A stretch of DNA of 34,620 bases, from positions 1-34,620 of the IMG/VR virus record IMGVR_UViG_3300048598_000573; one strand, given 5' to 3'. The position numbers and the translations under genes were made by a program. Every line of letters starts with the position of its first letter. Position 1 is the first letter of the stretch. This DNA is from a virus. Lineage: Duplodnaviria; Caudoviricetes. The notes below the pieces were generated by a model. The model was not told where the DNA came from and did no database searches. It worked only from the letters and a program-made list of their open reading frames with translations. Shown in pieces: positions 34,420-34,620 of this stretch.

Positions 34420-34620
34420 CATTCTTCGGTCAACGATCTGGAGAACCGGATGACTTGAAACCGATGTATCGCGATTTCGTGCCTCCGCAAGGTCTCCAGA
34501 TTGGATTCACTTCTTCGCTCCGCGCGACAGTCGCCAGATGAAATGCGACGGATAGCTGATCGGAACGATACGCGTCCCGTTGGGGAGCCTGATCGGCGGA
34601 TGTTTGATGATGCCACTCAT
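34419..34620 (-). CDS. 3' end of a hypothetical protein entering from the window edge
   Basis: Open frame ending immediately before the terminator; frame assignment not otherwise supported. Confidence 0.35.

Noticed and set aside
1-34620. Frequent GATC/CGATCG words
   Set aside because: Dispersed throughout and plausibly due to ATC/GAT codon use in GC-rich DNA; not quantified.

Overview
Most of the window (about 1.9-28.4 kb, minus strand) is an apparently intact virion morphogenesis module of a prophage-like element. It pairs a lambda-type head (TerS, GpA-type TerL with a class-3 mini-intein, gpW-like, lambda portal, S49 protease with nested scaffold, decoration protein, gpE-type capsid) with a Mu-type contractile tail (sheath, tube, chaperone, tape measure, gp43-48-like baseplate, fibres). 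A GTTC-N7-GTTC LexA box points to an alphaproteobacterial host. The left edge is a probable IS66-family end plus a HEPN-motif gene. The right 6 kb is accessory: membrane proteins, a putative Abi gene, an NDT-like gene and an SOS-boxed gene. The main unexplained signal is 15 exact (C/G)TAAATA boxes found by eye plus 3 one-base variants, co-oriented with and upstream of genes or gene-like units. Six sit exactly 5 nt before an ATG, and several lie in hairpins that hide the ribosome-binding site. This matches T4-type (gp55) late promoter architecture on an element that is not T4-like, and a candidate T4 T-type holin is also present. The element may encode its own gp55-like sigma outside the window or be switched on by an infecting T4-like phage. 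No integrase, repressor, replication gene, sigma factor or endolysin was recognised here. All family calls are by eye, without database searches.
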